64,000 nucleotides of DNA from Gammaproteobacteria bacterium (GTDB lineage Bacteria; Pseudomonadota; Gammaproteobacteria; HK1). The notes beneath the pieces are model-generated. The model was given only the letters and a program-made list of their open reading frames with translations, was not told the origin of the DNA and made no database searches. Shown here piece after piece: positions 9,740 through 18,866 of this stretch (positions are counted from its first letter, which is position 1; every line of letters starts with the position of its first letter). The stretch lies in the NCBI GenBank assembly GCA_965221555.1, contig OZ244895.1, positions 1,294,803-1,358,802 on the forward strand, given 5' to 3'. A program made the position numbers and the translations under genes.

Positions 9740-10621
9740 TCACCCCTCTTCCCGGGCCCACCGCCGTTCGAAGGACCAGACCTCCTCGAAGCCCATGAGC
9801 ACGTGCATCTCGGAGAGAGTGAGTTGAGGGACGTCCGGGTCGGTGGTCGAGCCGTCGCCGCGCAGCCCCTTCATCGCCTGGCGCATGGCGCCGGCGGCGG
9901 GGAGCATGCCGATTGTGGGATGGATGGCGACGGCGAAGCCGAGGGATTCGAGCCGATTTGTGGACAGGATCGGCGTCTTTCCGCCCTCGACCATGTTGGC
10001 GAGCAGCGGTTTGTCGATGGCCTCCCCGATCCGCGCCATCTCTAGCTCGCTCTCCGGCGCCTCGATGAAGATCAGGTCGGCGCCGGCATCGGAATAGGCC
10101 CGGCCGCGTTCTATGGCCGCTTCCAGGCCCAGCTCCGTGCGCGCGTCCGTCCGGGCGACGACGAGGAAGTTCGGATCGCTACGGGCTTCGACCGCCACTT
10201 GCACTCTCTCGACCATGTCCCGGATCGGCACGACGCGTCTGCCCGGGGTATGCCCGCACTTCTTCGGAATCTCCTGATCCTCGAGCTGGATCGCGGCGCA
10301 ACCGGCTTCTTCGTAGCCCCGGACCGTGTGCCGGACGTTGAGCAGTCCGCCGAATCCGGTGTCCGCGTCGCAGATCAGCGGGGTACGGGTGCCCCCGGCG
10401 ATGGTCCGGACCCGATCCGCGAGATCGGCATAGGTGGCGAGACCAGCGTCCGGCAGCCCGAGGAGGGAGGCGGCGACGCCGTATCCCGTCATGTACAGCG
10501 CCTCGAACCCCATGCGGTCGGCGAGGCGGGCGGAGATCATGTCGTAGACGCCGGGGGCGACGACGAAGCGCCCCTCCCGGATGGCGCCGGCCAGTGCGGC
10601 GCGCTTCTCGTTCGCGTTCAT
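9740..10621 (-). CDS. isocitrate lyase/PEP mutase superfamily enzyme (2-methylisocitrate lyase / carboxyvinyl-carboxyphosphonate phosphorylmutase-like)
   Basis: PrpB-like motifs DADTGFGG, KKCGH and ARTDA. Confidence 0.85.
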   Translation of the reverse strand: MNANEKRAALAGAIREGRFVVAPGVYDMISARLADRMGFEALYMTGYGVAASLLGLPDAGLATYADLADRVRTIAGGTRTPLICDADTGFGGLLNVRHTVRGYEEAGCAAIQLEDQEIPKKCGHTPGRRVVPIRDMVERVQVAVEARSDPNFLVVARTDARTELGLEAAIERGRAYSDAGADLIFIEAPESELEMARIGEAIDKPLLANMVEGGKTPILSTNRLESLGFAVAIHPTIGMLPAAGAMRQAMKGLRGDGSTTDPDVPQLTLSEMHVLMGFEEVWSFERRWAREEG

Positions 10622-10698
10622 GGTGGTGCTCCCGTGCCGTCTTGGCCCCGTGCGCTGCTCGTGTTCGTCCCGACCGTACTGTTTCTCCGGTTCACGAA

Positions 10699-10883
10699 GC
10701 TAGCCCGCATGTTTCACCGATTTCCTACTGCGGACGCCAATATGCTCGCGTTAGCGGGGCGTACTCCCTCAAGCCGCAACGACTTCGTGTCGGCTACGCC
10801 TACAGCGTCTTTCGGTCCGTGCACCCCACTATCACGGCATCTTGGCGCCCTCGCTACGAAAATCGGTGAAACATGCGGGCTAG
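10699..10883 (+). repeat. MITE/REP-like element, copy A (185 bp), with a 24-bp perfect terminal inverted repeat
   Basis: The termini GCTAGCCCGCATGTTTCACCGATTT and AAATCGGTGAAACATGCGGGCTAG are exact reverse complements. The internal core GGACGCCAATATGCTCGC and later segments match copies at 41.5, 42.5, 51.8 and 62.7 kb. Confidence 0.85.
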
Positions 10884-10961
10884 GGCGCGCTTCGCGCGGT
10901 CGCCGCAATGTCATTCCCTCGGTCGGGGGAGTCCACCCCCGAGCGGGGGAGATGGCCAGCA

Positions 10962-12392
10962 TCAGGTGCTCGGGGCACACCGCGGCGTGGGCGCCCGGGT
11001 ATGCCAGTCGGTCGCGTTCTGGTACGCGTGACCGACTCGAAAGAGCGTCTCTTCGGCAAAGAGGGGCCCCATGAGCTGGAAAGCCGCGGGCAGGCCGTTC
11101 CCGGTGAAGCCGCAGGGCACGGTCAGGGCCGGGAGTCCCAGGTAGTTCGCGGGGCGCGTGCACCAGCTGATTCCGGCGATCGTGCTCGCCATCGCATCGC
11201 CCGCCGCGACATCCGTCTCCGCTCGGGTCGGAACCGGGAATGGCAGGACGGGGCTGTGCAGGACGTGCGCGTCGGCGAACACCGTGTCCCTGAACTCGCG
11301 CCGCGCGTCGCACCGCGCGCGCAGGGCCCTGAGGTAGCGGGCTGCCGGCAGGTGGAGGCCGGGTTCGTAGCGCTTGCGCACTTGCGCCTGGTAGTCATGC
11401 GGGCGCGCGGTGAGCCAGGGCTCGTGGAGGGCGGCGGCCTCGCAGGCGAACACGACGTTTGCGAGCTCGGTGAGGCGCCGCATGTCGGGAAGCGCGACCT
11501 CCACCGTCGCAGCCCCCGCCTCCCGGAGCACCGCGAGGCTGTCTTCCATGAGCGCGCGCACCTCGTCCGTGGCCAGATCGTAGAACCATTCCCGCGGCAC
11601 TCCGATGCGGATGCCGTCAAGCGTCTCCCCGAGCCCGGACTCGTAATCCGGGTCCGGGCGGCGGACGCTCGCGCTGTCGCACGGATCGTGCCCCGCCATC
11701 ACCTGCGTCATCCGCGCCACGTCGCGCACCGTGCGGCAGAGCGGTCCCACCGTGTCCATGGTGGGGGAGAGCTCCATGGTGCCGTGACGGCTGATCAGGC
11801 CCTCGCTCGGCTTGAGTCCCACGATGCCGCAGCAGGCCGCGGGCAGACGCACCGAGCCGCCGGTGTCGGAGCCGAGCGCCGCAAAGGCGATCCTCGCGCC
11901 TACCGCCGCCCCGGAGCCGCTCGACGACCCCCCCGGGACGTGATCCGGGCTCCAAGGATTGCGGCAGTCACCCCAGTGTTCGTTGTGGCCGGTCGGTCCG
12001 GTGGCGAACTCCGCCATGTTGAGCCCGCCGAGGGTGATCGCGCCGGCGCGCTCAAGTCGCGAGAGCGCGGTGCTGTCGTGGTCCGGCACGAAGTCGCGGA
12101 GGATCCGGGAGCCGCAGGTCGAAACCCGCCCGGCGCGGTAGAACATGTCCTTGTGCGCGATCGGCACCGCGTGCAGCGGCCCCGGCGCATTGCCACGCGC
12201 GAGCGCGGCGTCGGCTGCCGCCGCGTCCCTGAGCGCCCGCTCGGCTTCGAGCGAGATGAAACAGTTGAGCACCGGCTGCAGACGCTGCGCTCGGGCGAGG
12301 GTGGCTTCCATGACCTCGACCGCGCTCAGGTCCCGGCGGGCGAGCGCGTCCGCGAGCGCGGTCAGGCTCATCGCGAGGATTGCGTCGCTCAT
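10962..12392 (-). CDS. amidase (amidase-signature family)
   Basis: GGSSSGSGAAV/GSDTGGSVRLPA signature and the catalytic K...S...S pattern; 476 aa. Confidence 0.9.
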   Translation of the reverse strand: MSDAILAMSLTALADALARRDLSAVEVMEATLARAQRLQPVLNCFISLEAERALRDAAAADAALARGNAPGPLHAVPIAHKDMFYRAGRVSTCGSRILRDFVPDHDSTALSRLERAGAITLGGLNMAEFATGPTGHNEHWGDCRNPWSPDHVPGGSSSGSGAAVGARIAFAALGSDTGGSVRLPAACCGIVGLKPSEGLISRHGTMELSPTMDTVGPLCRTVRDVARMTQVMAGHDPCDSASVRRPDPDYESGLGETLDGIRIGVPREWFYDLATDEVRALMEDSLAVLREAGAATVEVALPDMRRLTELANVVFACEAAALHEPWLTARPHDYQAQVRKRYEPGLHLPAARYLRALRARCDARREFRDTVFADAHVLHSPVLPFPVPTRAETDVAAGDAMASTIAGISWCTRPANYLGLPALTVPCGFTGNGLPAAFQLMGPLFAEETLFRVGHAYQNATDWHTRAPTPRCAPST

Positions 12393-12525
12393 GGCGATGT
12401 CCGTCGAGCCCCCTCGGAACGGGATGGAAGCTGATGCCTTGCGCGCCCGATGCCGACTACCGGAGCGAAGTGGACGATGGCAGTATCCCTACTGGAGTGC
12501 GGCGGCACAATGAGAGGGACCCGCG

Positions 12526-12903
12526 ATGGGATACGTCCTCGCCCGGATAGAACTCTCCAACCCGAGGCGAGAGGACTCGACGCCTCTTGCCGTAACCGCG
12601 ATGGCCGATACCGGTGCGCTCATGCTGTGCATCCCCGCCAGGGTCGCCAGTCACCTCGATCTGGAGACCGAATCCATGCGGGACGTGTCGCTGGCGGATG
12701 GCAGAAGCCTGCGCGTGCCTTATGTGGGGCCGATCAGGGTCGCATACGAGAGTCGCTTCTGTTACGTCGGGGCGCTGGTGTTCGGTGACGAAGTGTTGCT
12801 GGGGGCCGTCCCCATGGAAGACATGGATCTGGTGGTCGATCCGAGCCGCGGAGAGCTCACCGTCGACCCGGCCAGCCCGGACCTTCCGCACGCCCGGGCC
12901 TGA
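12526..12903 (+). CDS. retropepsin-like (clan AA) aspartyl protease domain protein
   Basis: DTGA active-site motif (AMADTGALMLCIP) in a small single-domain protein of 125 aa. Confidence 0.65.
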   Translation: MGYVLARIELSNPRREDSTPLAVTAMADTGALMLCIPARVASHLDLETESMRDVSLADGRSLRVPYVGPIRVAYESRFCYVGALVFGDEVLLGAVPMEDMDLVVDPSRGELTVDPASPDLPHARA

Positions 12904-13126
12904 GGGACGCAAGGGCCTCTCAGGGTCTCCTTTCGAGACGGAGAGCGGTAACACCACTCAGTATCCCGTCCGCATCGCTCTGGACAATGTCGGCGAGGCA
13001 GCCCGGGGATTGAGAGATCGAGTTGTCGTTCTGTTTTTAGTGGTATCGACCGGACGGTTGGAGAAGCTTCAGAGGGTAAGGTAAGCGCGAAACTCGGCGA
13101 TGGCCGCAAACGAGAGTCTCGGCTCT

Positions 13127-15340
13127 TTACCTGAGCGCCGCGTCGGCGCAGGAGCGAAACGCTTCGTCGGTCGCCACCGCGAGCTGTGCTCCGATCGACA
13201 GCTGGCCGTTGCCGTTCGCCCGACCGATCTGTCGAACCCGGGTGCCGTTGACCGAGAGCTCGGCTTCGACTTCCACTCCGCCGCCGTTCCGATGGTGGCA
13301 TAGCACATCGAAGCTCCAGCCCTCGCCGAGACGCTCGGTGAGTCGTACCACCAGATCTTCGATGGAGGGCGCGCCGGCGGGAGCTGAGGCCGGGGGCGGG
13401 CTCACCGCCCGCCCAGTGGAGTCGAGCGCCGCGGCCGGCCGATGTAATCCCGCGCCGCTGGCATGCGACGCGTCCGGGACACCCGCCGCGAGGGCCGGCC
13501 GTGGTTCCGGGGGCGCGCTGCCGCCAGGCCGGCCGGCCGTCGAGGAGCTCGAATCCCTCCCTTCTCCTCGCTTCGGATCGGAACGCATCCGCGAGCGCAG
13601 CGCCTCGGTGGCCCGCAGGTCGATGCTCTCGGTTTCGCGCTCCACTACCACCCCGTACGCCTGCCGGGCGTGCTCCACGGTGCAGAAGTCGTCGAGCACG
13701 TCTTCGAGCACCTGCTCGGGCGGCCGCTCCAGAGGATCGCCGTAGCCGCCGCCGCAGGGGGCGTAGACCGCCATCACGTCGCCTTCGGAGACCCGCAGCC
13801 CCGCGAACTTGGCCGGCATGTCCTGGATCTCGTCCGGGCGGGCGGCGTTGTAGATCTGGAGGGCGCCACACTGTCCGGGCGCACCGCCGAAGATGCCCCA
13901 GGGCACGTCGGTGTGGCGGTCGCACTCGTGGGTGATGAAGCCGCTGGTAAGTACCCGCTGCTTCTTGACCACGCCGATGCCGCCCCGGTAGCGCCCCGCA
14001 CCCGGCATCACGTCGTCCCGGAGCTCGTAGCGGTCGCAGATCATGGGGAGGTGGATGGCGAGGTCCTCGAGCGGATTGTTCCGGGTGTTGGCCATCAGAT
14101 TGTCGATGCTGTCGGGGCCGTCCGAGGCGGGCCTCCCTCCGTACGAGCCCTCGTTCACCTCCAGGAACACCCAGTACTCGCCGCTCGGCTTGACGCCGGA
14201 GTAGGCGGCGAAGGAGAGCGTCGCGGAGCTCCCGGCGATGATGTCGTTGGGCATCACCGGTGCGAGCGCCTTGTAGATCAGGTCGATGACGCGGTTTATC
14301 TGGGAGAATCGCGCCTCCGCCGCGGCGGGAAAACTCGGGTTGAAGATCGAGCCCTTGGGCGCGATGACCTCGATGGGGCGGAACGAGCCCTGGTTGGAAG
14401 GTACGTCTATCTCGCTCGTCTGCGCATCGAGGAGCAGGGATCGGATGGCACAGAAGCAGGCAACCTTGGTCGAACCCTCGAAAGGCACGTTGAAGCCGGT
14501 CTCGACCTGGTCCGCGGAGCCGGTGAGGTCGATCTCGATCCCGTCGCCCTTCACCCGCACGCAGACCTTGATGGGCAGGCGCACTTCGCGGTTTCGGCCG
14601 TCGTCGTCCAGCCATCCCTCGGCGCGGTACTCGCCGTCAGGTATCTCGGCGATACGCTGGCGCAGGACGCGCTCGGTGTAGTCCATGAGCTGGTGAGTGG
14701 CGGAGATCACCGTCTCCTTGCCGTAGCGGTCGAGCAGCTCCCCGAAGCGGCGCACCCCGAGGCGGGCGGAGGCGATCTGAGCGTCGAGGTCATCCTGGAG
14801 CTGGCGCGAGGCCCGGCTGTTCCTGCCGATGTACTCCCACAGCCCCTCGTTGCGCACGCCCCGTTCGTAGAGCTTGGTGCCCGCGAAGAGCATGCCCTCC
14901 GCGTACACGTCCGGTATGTCGATGATGAGGCCCGGGGTCGCCGCTCCGATGTCGAGGTGGTGCGCGGTGTTGGCCGAGAAGGCGACGAGCTCGCCTTCGT
15001 GGAACACGGGGATAACAATGGCGATGTCGGGGGAATGGCTGGATCCGTGGTACGGGTGGTTGTGGATGACCACGTCGCCCTCGTTCCAGACCCCGCCTTG
15101 CAGGGTGTCGCGGATACCTTCGAGGTATCCGGGAAGCGAGCCGATGTGAAGCGGTGTCGATTCCGACTCGCACAGGGTGTTGAAGTCGGTGTCGAAGAGT
15201 CCCGCTCCGAGGTCCTGAGACTCGCGGATGATCGAGGAGAAGGACATCCGGTAGAGGATGTGTCCCATCTCCTCCGCGATGGTATCGAGCGCTCCGCTTA
15301 TCACCTGCAGGGTGATGGGGTCGAGTTCCTGTCTGGCCAT
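13127..15340 (-). CDS. hyuB: hydantoinase B/oxoprolinase (HyuB-type) subunit carrying a roughly 150-aa C-terminal extension
   Basis: HyuB family motifs DPITLQVI and HNHPYHGSSH; 737 aa versus about 580 typical. The extra C-terminal domain follows a low-complexity linker. Confidence 0.9.
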   Translation of the reverse strand: MARQELDPITLQVISGALDTIAEEMGHILYRMSFSSIIRESQDLGAGLFDTDFNTLCESESTPLHIGSLPGYLEGIRDTLQGGVWNEGDVVIHNHPYHGSSHSPDIAIVIPVFHEGELVAFSANTAHHLDIGAATPGLIIDIPDVYAEGMLFAGTKLYERGVRNEGLWEYIGRNSRASRQLQDDLDAQIASARLGVRRFGELLDRYGKETVISATHQLMDYTERVLRQRIAEIPDGEYRAEGWLDDDGRNREVRLPIKVCVRVKGDGIEIDLTGSADQVETGFNVPFEGSTKVACFCAIRSLLLDAQTSEIDVPSNQGSFRPIEVIAPKGSIFNPSFPAAAEARFSQINRVIDLIYKALAPVMPNDIIAGSSATLSFAAYSGVKPSGEYWVFLEVNEGSYGGRPASDGPDSIDNLMANTRNNPLEDLAIHLPMICDRYELRDDVMPGAGRYRGGIGVVKKQRVLTSGFITHECDRHTDVPWGIFGGAPGQCGALQIYNAARPDEIQDMPAKFAGLRVSEGDVMAVYAPCGGGYGDPLERPPEQVLEDVLDDFCTVEHARQAYGVVVERETESIDLRATEALRSRMRSDPKRGEGRDSSSSTAGRPGGSAPPEPRPALAAGVPDASHASGAGLHRPAAALDSTGRAVSPPPASAPAGAPSIEDLVVRLTERLGEGWSFDVLCHHRNGGGVEVEAELSVNGTRVRQIGRANGNGQLSIGAQLAVATDEAFRSCADAALR

Positions 15341-15359
15341 GGCGGGATCTCCCGGCGGC

Positions 15360-17435
15360 TCAGTGGCCTTGCCGAATGAACAGGTTGCCGTGTGCGCCCA
15401 CCTCGCATTGATAGCGCGGCGGCACGAGAATCGTGGAGTTGTGCTGGATGAGGAGCGCGGGCCCCGGCACCCGGTGGCCGGCCTTGAGCTTCAACCGGTC
15501 GTAGCGCGGGGTGGAAACGCTCTCGCCGTCGTCGAAGGTGGTCTCGCGCGAGTACAGGTACGCCTCCTCGATCCCGAGTCCGTTCGCCGTCGCGAGCCTG
15601 GCCACCTCGAGCGGGGTCACCTCCTCGGTGCCGATGACCCGGATCGTGATGAGCTCGACCTCGCCGTCGTCGAAGGCGTAACCGTAATCCAGGCGGTGCT
15701 GGGCGTGGAAGCTCGCGATGATCTCGCGCACCGCCGCCACCCCGACTTCGCCGGGCGGGATCTCCGCGCGCAGCTCGAAGCCCTGGCCGTGGTAGCGACA
15801 CTCCGCGATGCGCTGGTAGCGCTGGCGTTGCGGGGGTACGCCGTCGTTCTCGAGGTCGCGGCGGCACTCCGCGACCAGCTCCGCGCTCAGCGCGTCGATG
15901 CGCCGTGCGCCGTCGGCGTCCGCGCGGGTGAGCGACATGATGAGGGAACGGGCGTGTTCGTACTGCATGTCGGTTTCGAGCAGGCCCATCGCCGCGGTGA
16001 TTCCGGGCGCGACCGGAACTATGACTTCCCGGGCTGACACCGCTTCGGCGAGCGCCACCCCGTGCAGGGGGCCGGCGCCCCCGAAGGGCACGAGCGAGAA
16101 CTCGCGGGGGTCGACGCCCCGGGCGACGGAGTTGGAGCGGATGGCAAGCGCCATGTTGGAGTTGATGACCCGGATGATTCCGAGCGCGGCTTCCCGTCGC
16201 GAAAGCCGGAGCGGCTTCGCGATCTTCTCCTCGATCGCACGTTCGGCGAGCGAGGGATCGATCGGCAGGTCACCGCCGAGCAGCTTGTCCGCATCGAGGC
16301 GCCCGAGCGCGACCTGGGCGTCGGTCACCGTCGGTTCCTCGCCGCCTCTGCCGTAGCAGGCGGGTCCGGGGTCGGCGCCGGCGGAGCGGGGGCCGACGTG
16401 GAATCCGCCCGCGGAGTCGATGTGGGCGATCGAGCCGCCGCCCGCGCCGATGGTGACCAGGTCGATCATCGGGACCAGGATCGGGTGGCCGCTCACGTAG
16501 GAGTCCCGCGGGTTCATGATCTTGATGCGCCCGTCGGGAATGGTGCTGATGTCGGCCGAGGTGCCGCCGATGTCGACGGTGATGAGGTTGTCGCTACCGC
16601 AGAGCAAGCCTTCGGAGCGGCCGCCGATGACCCCGCCCGCCGGACCCGACATCAGGATGCTCACCGCCCGCTTCGAGCAGGCCTCGATGGTGGAGATGCC
16701 TCCGTTCGACTGGATGAGGCGAAGCGCCGCGCCGAAGCCGTTGTCGGCAAGCTTCTTCTGCAGCCGGTGGAGGTACACGGTGGTCTTCGGGCCGATGAAC
16801 GCGTTCATCGCCGCGGTGGAGAAGCGTTCGAACTCCCGGATGACGTTGGCGACTTCGCTGGAGCAGCATACGTACACGCCGGGCATCTCCCGCTCGACGA
16901 TGGCCCGCGCCCGGCGCTCGTGGCTGTCGTTGATGAACGAGAAGAGGAAGCCGATTACCACCGACTCCACGCCGCGCCGCTTGAATACCTCGATGGCGTC
17001 GTGCACTTCGTCCTCGGCGAGCGCAGTCTCGATGCGCCCGTCCGGCGGGAGGATCCGCTCGGTGATCGGAATCCGGTTGCGGCGCTTGACCAGAGGTCGG
17101 TTCTGCCACGGCACTTCGAAGTGGAGCGAGAAGTTGTAGGGACGCTTGTGACGGCCGATGTGGAGGATGTCGCGAAAGTTCCGGGTGGTGAGCATGCCGA
17201 CTTCGGCGCCGTTGTGCTCGATGGTGATGTTGGTGGCCACGGTGGTTCCGTGGACGATGAGGTCGATGTCGCGGGGCGCGATCCCCGCCGTGTCGCAGAG
17301 CTCGCGCAGCCCCTGGAGCACCCCTTCGGACTGGTCGTGCGGAGTGCTCGGCACCTTGTGAAAGTGCACTCCGCGCGCCGACTCCAGCACCAGGTCGGTG
17401 TTGGTGCCCCCGACATCGACGCCGACCCGGTTCAT
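15360..17435 (-). CDS. hyuA: hydantoinase A/oxoprolinase (HyuA-type) subunit
   Basis: N-terminal MNRVGVDVGGTNTDLV. The ATG at 17435 overlaps the stop of the upstream gene (ATGA). Confidence 0.9.
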   Translation of the reverse strand: MNRVGVDVGGTNTDLVLESARGVHFHKVPSTPHDQSEGVLQGLRELCDTAGIAPRDIDLIVHGTTVATNITIEHNGAEVGMLTTRNFRDILHIGRHKRPYNFSLHFEVPWQNRPLVKRRNRIPITERILPPDGRIETALAEDEVHDAIEVFKRRGVESVVIGFLFSFINDSHERRARAIVEREMPGVYVCCSSEVANVIREFERFSTAAMNAFIGPKTTVYLHRLQKKLADNGFGAALRLIQSNGGISTIEACSKRAVSILMSGPAGGVIGGRSEGLLCGSDNLITVDIGGTSADISTIPDGRIKIMNPRDSYVSGHPILVPMIDLVTIGAGGGSIAHIDSAGGFHVGPRSAGADPGPACYGRGGEEPTVTDAQVALGRLDADKLLGGDLPIDPSLAERAIEEKIAKPLRLSRREAALGIIRVINSNMALAIRSNSVARGVDPREFSLVPFGGAGPLHGVALAEAVSAREVIVPVAPGITAAMGLLETDMQYEHARSLIMSLTRADADGARRIDALSAELVAECRRDLENDGVPPQRQRYQRIAECRYHGQGFELRAEIPPGEVGVAAVREIIASFHAQHRLDYGYAFDDGEVELITIRVIGTEEVTPLEVARLATANGLGIEEAYLYSRETTFDDGESVSTPRYDRLKLKAGHRVPGPALLIQHNSTILVPPRYQCEVGAHGNLFIRQGH

Positions 17436-18130
17436 GGATCGTTGGGACTCCGGTTCTCTAGAAGCAGATCGTCGAGGTAGGAAAGCACATTGGACAGCGG
17501 CTCGACGTCGCCGAATTTGGCGTCCATGTCGAAGAGATTCCATTCCACGAGGCCGGGTCCCCGATCGCCCACGCCCTCGCGCACCACGATCGGGCGGAAG
17601 CCCTCCGCGATCGCGTCCTCGCAGGTGTTGCGAACGCAGGCCGAGCAGGTCACCCCGGTCAGCAGCACGGTATCCACGTTGGCGGCGCGCAGGAAGCCCG
17701 CGAGCCAGGTTCCGTGAAAGGCGCTCGCGCGCTTCTTGACGATCACCTGCTCGTCGGCAAGCGGCGCCACCCGCTCGTCGATCGCGACCGCGTCACTGCC
17801 GGCCTGGAGCGCTTCGGCCGGGATCTTGAGGTGCCAGAGTCCCGCATCGGAGTTCGGTCCGGTCACGACGTTGTAGGCGGTGGTGGTGTACACGATGGGG
17901 ATCCGCTTGGCGCGCGCCGCCTTCAGCAGCGCCTGCACCGCGGGAATGATGGTGTCCATGCCCTCGCAGGAGAAGGCATGACCGGGACGGGTCCAGGCGT
18001 TGGCGAGATCGATGTTGATGAGGGCGGGGCGGGCGCCGTAGCCGACCCGGCGTCTGAATCCCCGGCCCGCGTAGATGTCCGAATCCGCCGCAAAGAGCGT
18101 CTCGAGGGCGCTTTTCAGGTCTTCATTCAT
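17432..18130 (-). CDS. isochorismatase-family cysteine hydrolase (N-carbamoylsarcosine amidase-like)
   Basis: Isochorismatase fold motifs with the catalytic Cys in VTCSACVRNT; 232 aa. Its stop overlaps the hyuA start. Confidence 0.8.
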   Translation of the reverse strand: MNEDLKSALETLFAADSDIYAGRGFRRRVGYGARPALINIDLANAWTRPGHAFSCEGMDTIIPAVQALLKAARAKRIPIVYTTTAYNVVTGPNSDAGLWHLKIPAEALQAGSDAVAIDERVAPLADEQVIVKKRASAFHGTWLAGFLRAANVDTVLLTGVTCSACVRNTCEDAIAEGFRPIVVREGVGDRGPGLVEWNLFDMDAKFGDVEPLSNVLSYLDDLLLENRSPNDP

Positions 18131-18285
18131 GAAGGCCTCCCTGGCTCTGTGACCTCAAGAATCGATTGGTTGCGGCCCGGCAGGACATGGCGTCCTGCGT
18201 ACTCCCGCGGATCATCCCGGGCTTCTCGCAGTCCGGCGTTTCGATCGGGGGCCATGCTGGACGACTCTCGGGGCGCGGGCCGCGC

Positions 18286-18795
18286 TCAGGCCCGTGTCTG
18301 GACGAGCCGGGCGCACACTGCGAGCGCGGAATCGACGGCACGGCGTTCGGCGTCACGTTCGGCCGCCACCGCCCCGCCGCCGACCCCCGGCGCGCGCTCG
18401 GCGCCGAGACTGAAGGCGGTACCCCCCGCGCTGCCGCTCACTCGGGGCCTGGACCCGGAAACGGGAGCGGAGCCATACACCGTGCGGGTGATGCCGCGTG
18501 CCGGTGCGTGAACCCGGCAGCGCACCGTCAACTCGCCGCCTTCCCGAATCCGTTCCACCACCTCGTACCGCCACCCGGGTCCGAGCCTCTCGTCCAGGGC
18601 GCGCTCCGCCGAAGTGCGGGAAGGAGCTGGCGCCGCGGCGCCCTCCGTGTGCGCCGCGCCACGGGACGGCGCTTCGCTCGAGCGCCGCGAAGGGTCGACA
18701 AGGGCGCCGCCGGCGAGCGCTTCCAACTCGCGACGACCGTGCTCGAGCATGTCGTCGAACGTGGAAGCGAAGCCGCTGAGACGACTGGCGGCCAT
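18286..18795 (-). CDS. hypothetical protein homologous to the C-terminal extension of HyuB (13127..15340)
   Basis: High GC3 and operon position. The segment RLGPGWRYEVVERIREGGELTVRCRV...AERDAERRAVDSALAVCARL aligns with HyuB's ERLGEGWSFDVLCHHRNGGGVEVEAEL...ATDEAFRSCADAAL. Confidence 0.55.
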   Translation of the reverse strand: MAASRLSGFASTFDDMLEHGRRELEALAGGALVDPSRRSSEAPSRGAAHTEGAAAPAPSRTSAERALDERLGPGWRYEVVERIREGGELTVRCRVHAPARGITRTVYGSAPVSGSRPRVSGSAGGTAFSLGAERAPGVGGGAVAAERDAERRAVDSALAVCARLVQTRA

Positions 18796-18866
18796 GCTTC
18801 ACCGAGCCACGAAGTGAGGGTGCGCGCGCTCGCCCCGTGCGTGCCTGACCCGGTGCGGTTTACGCG

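Noticed and set aside
12904-13126. Lower-GC convergent intergenic region, considered as a possible tRNA or sRNA
   Set aside because: No tRNA-like T-loop or cloverleaf was recognisable. It is most simply the bidirectional terminator region for the protease gene and hyuB.
18286-18795. Weak resemblance of the shared HyuB-C-terminal/169-aa module to the Rad52 N-terminal segment (RLGPEY...GGG..V...RV, ...EKARKEAVTDGLKRAL)
   Set aside because: The match is over short motifs only and the module is much shorter than the Rad52 domain. A DNA-annealing domain fused to a hydantoinase is biologically implausible. Treat this as chance similarity until a profile search says otherwise.
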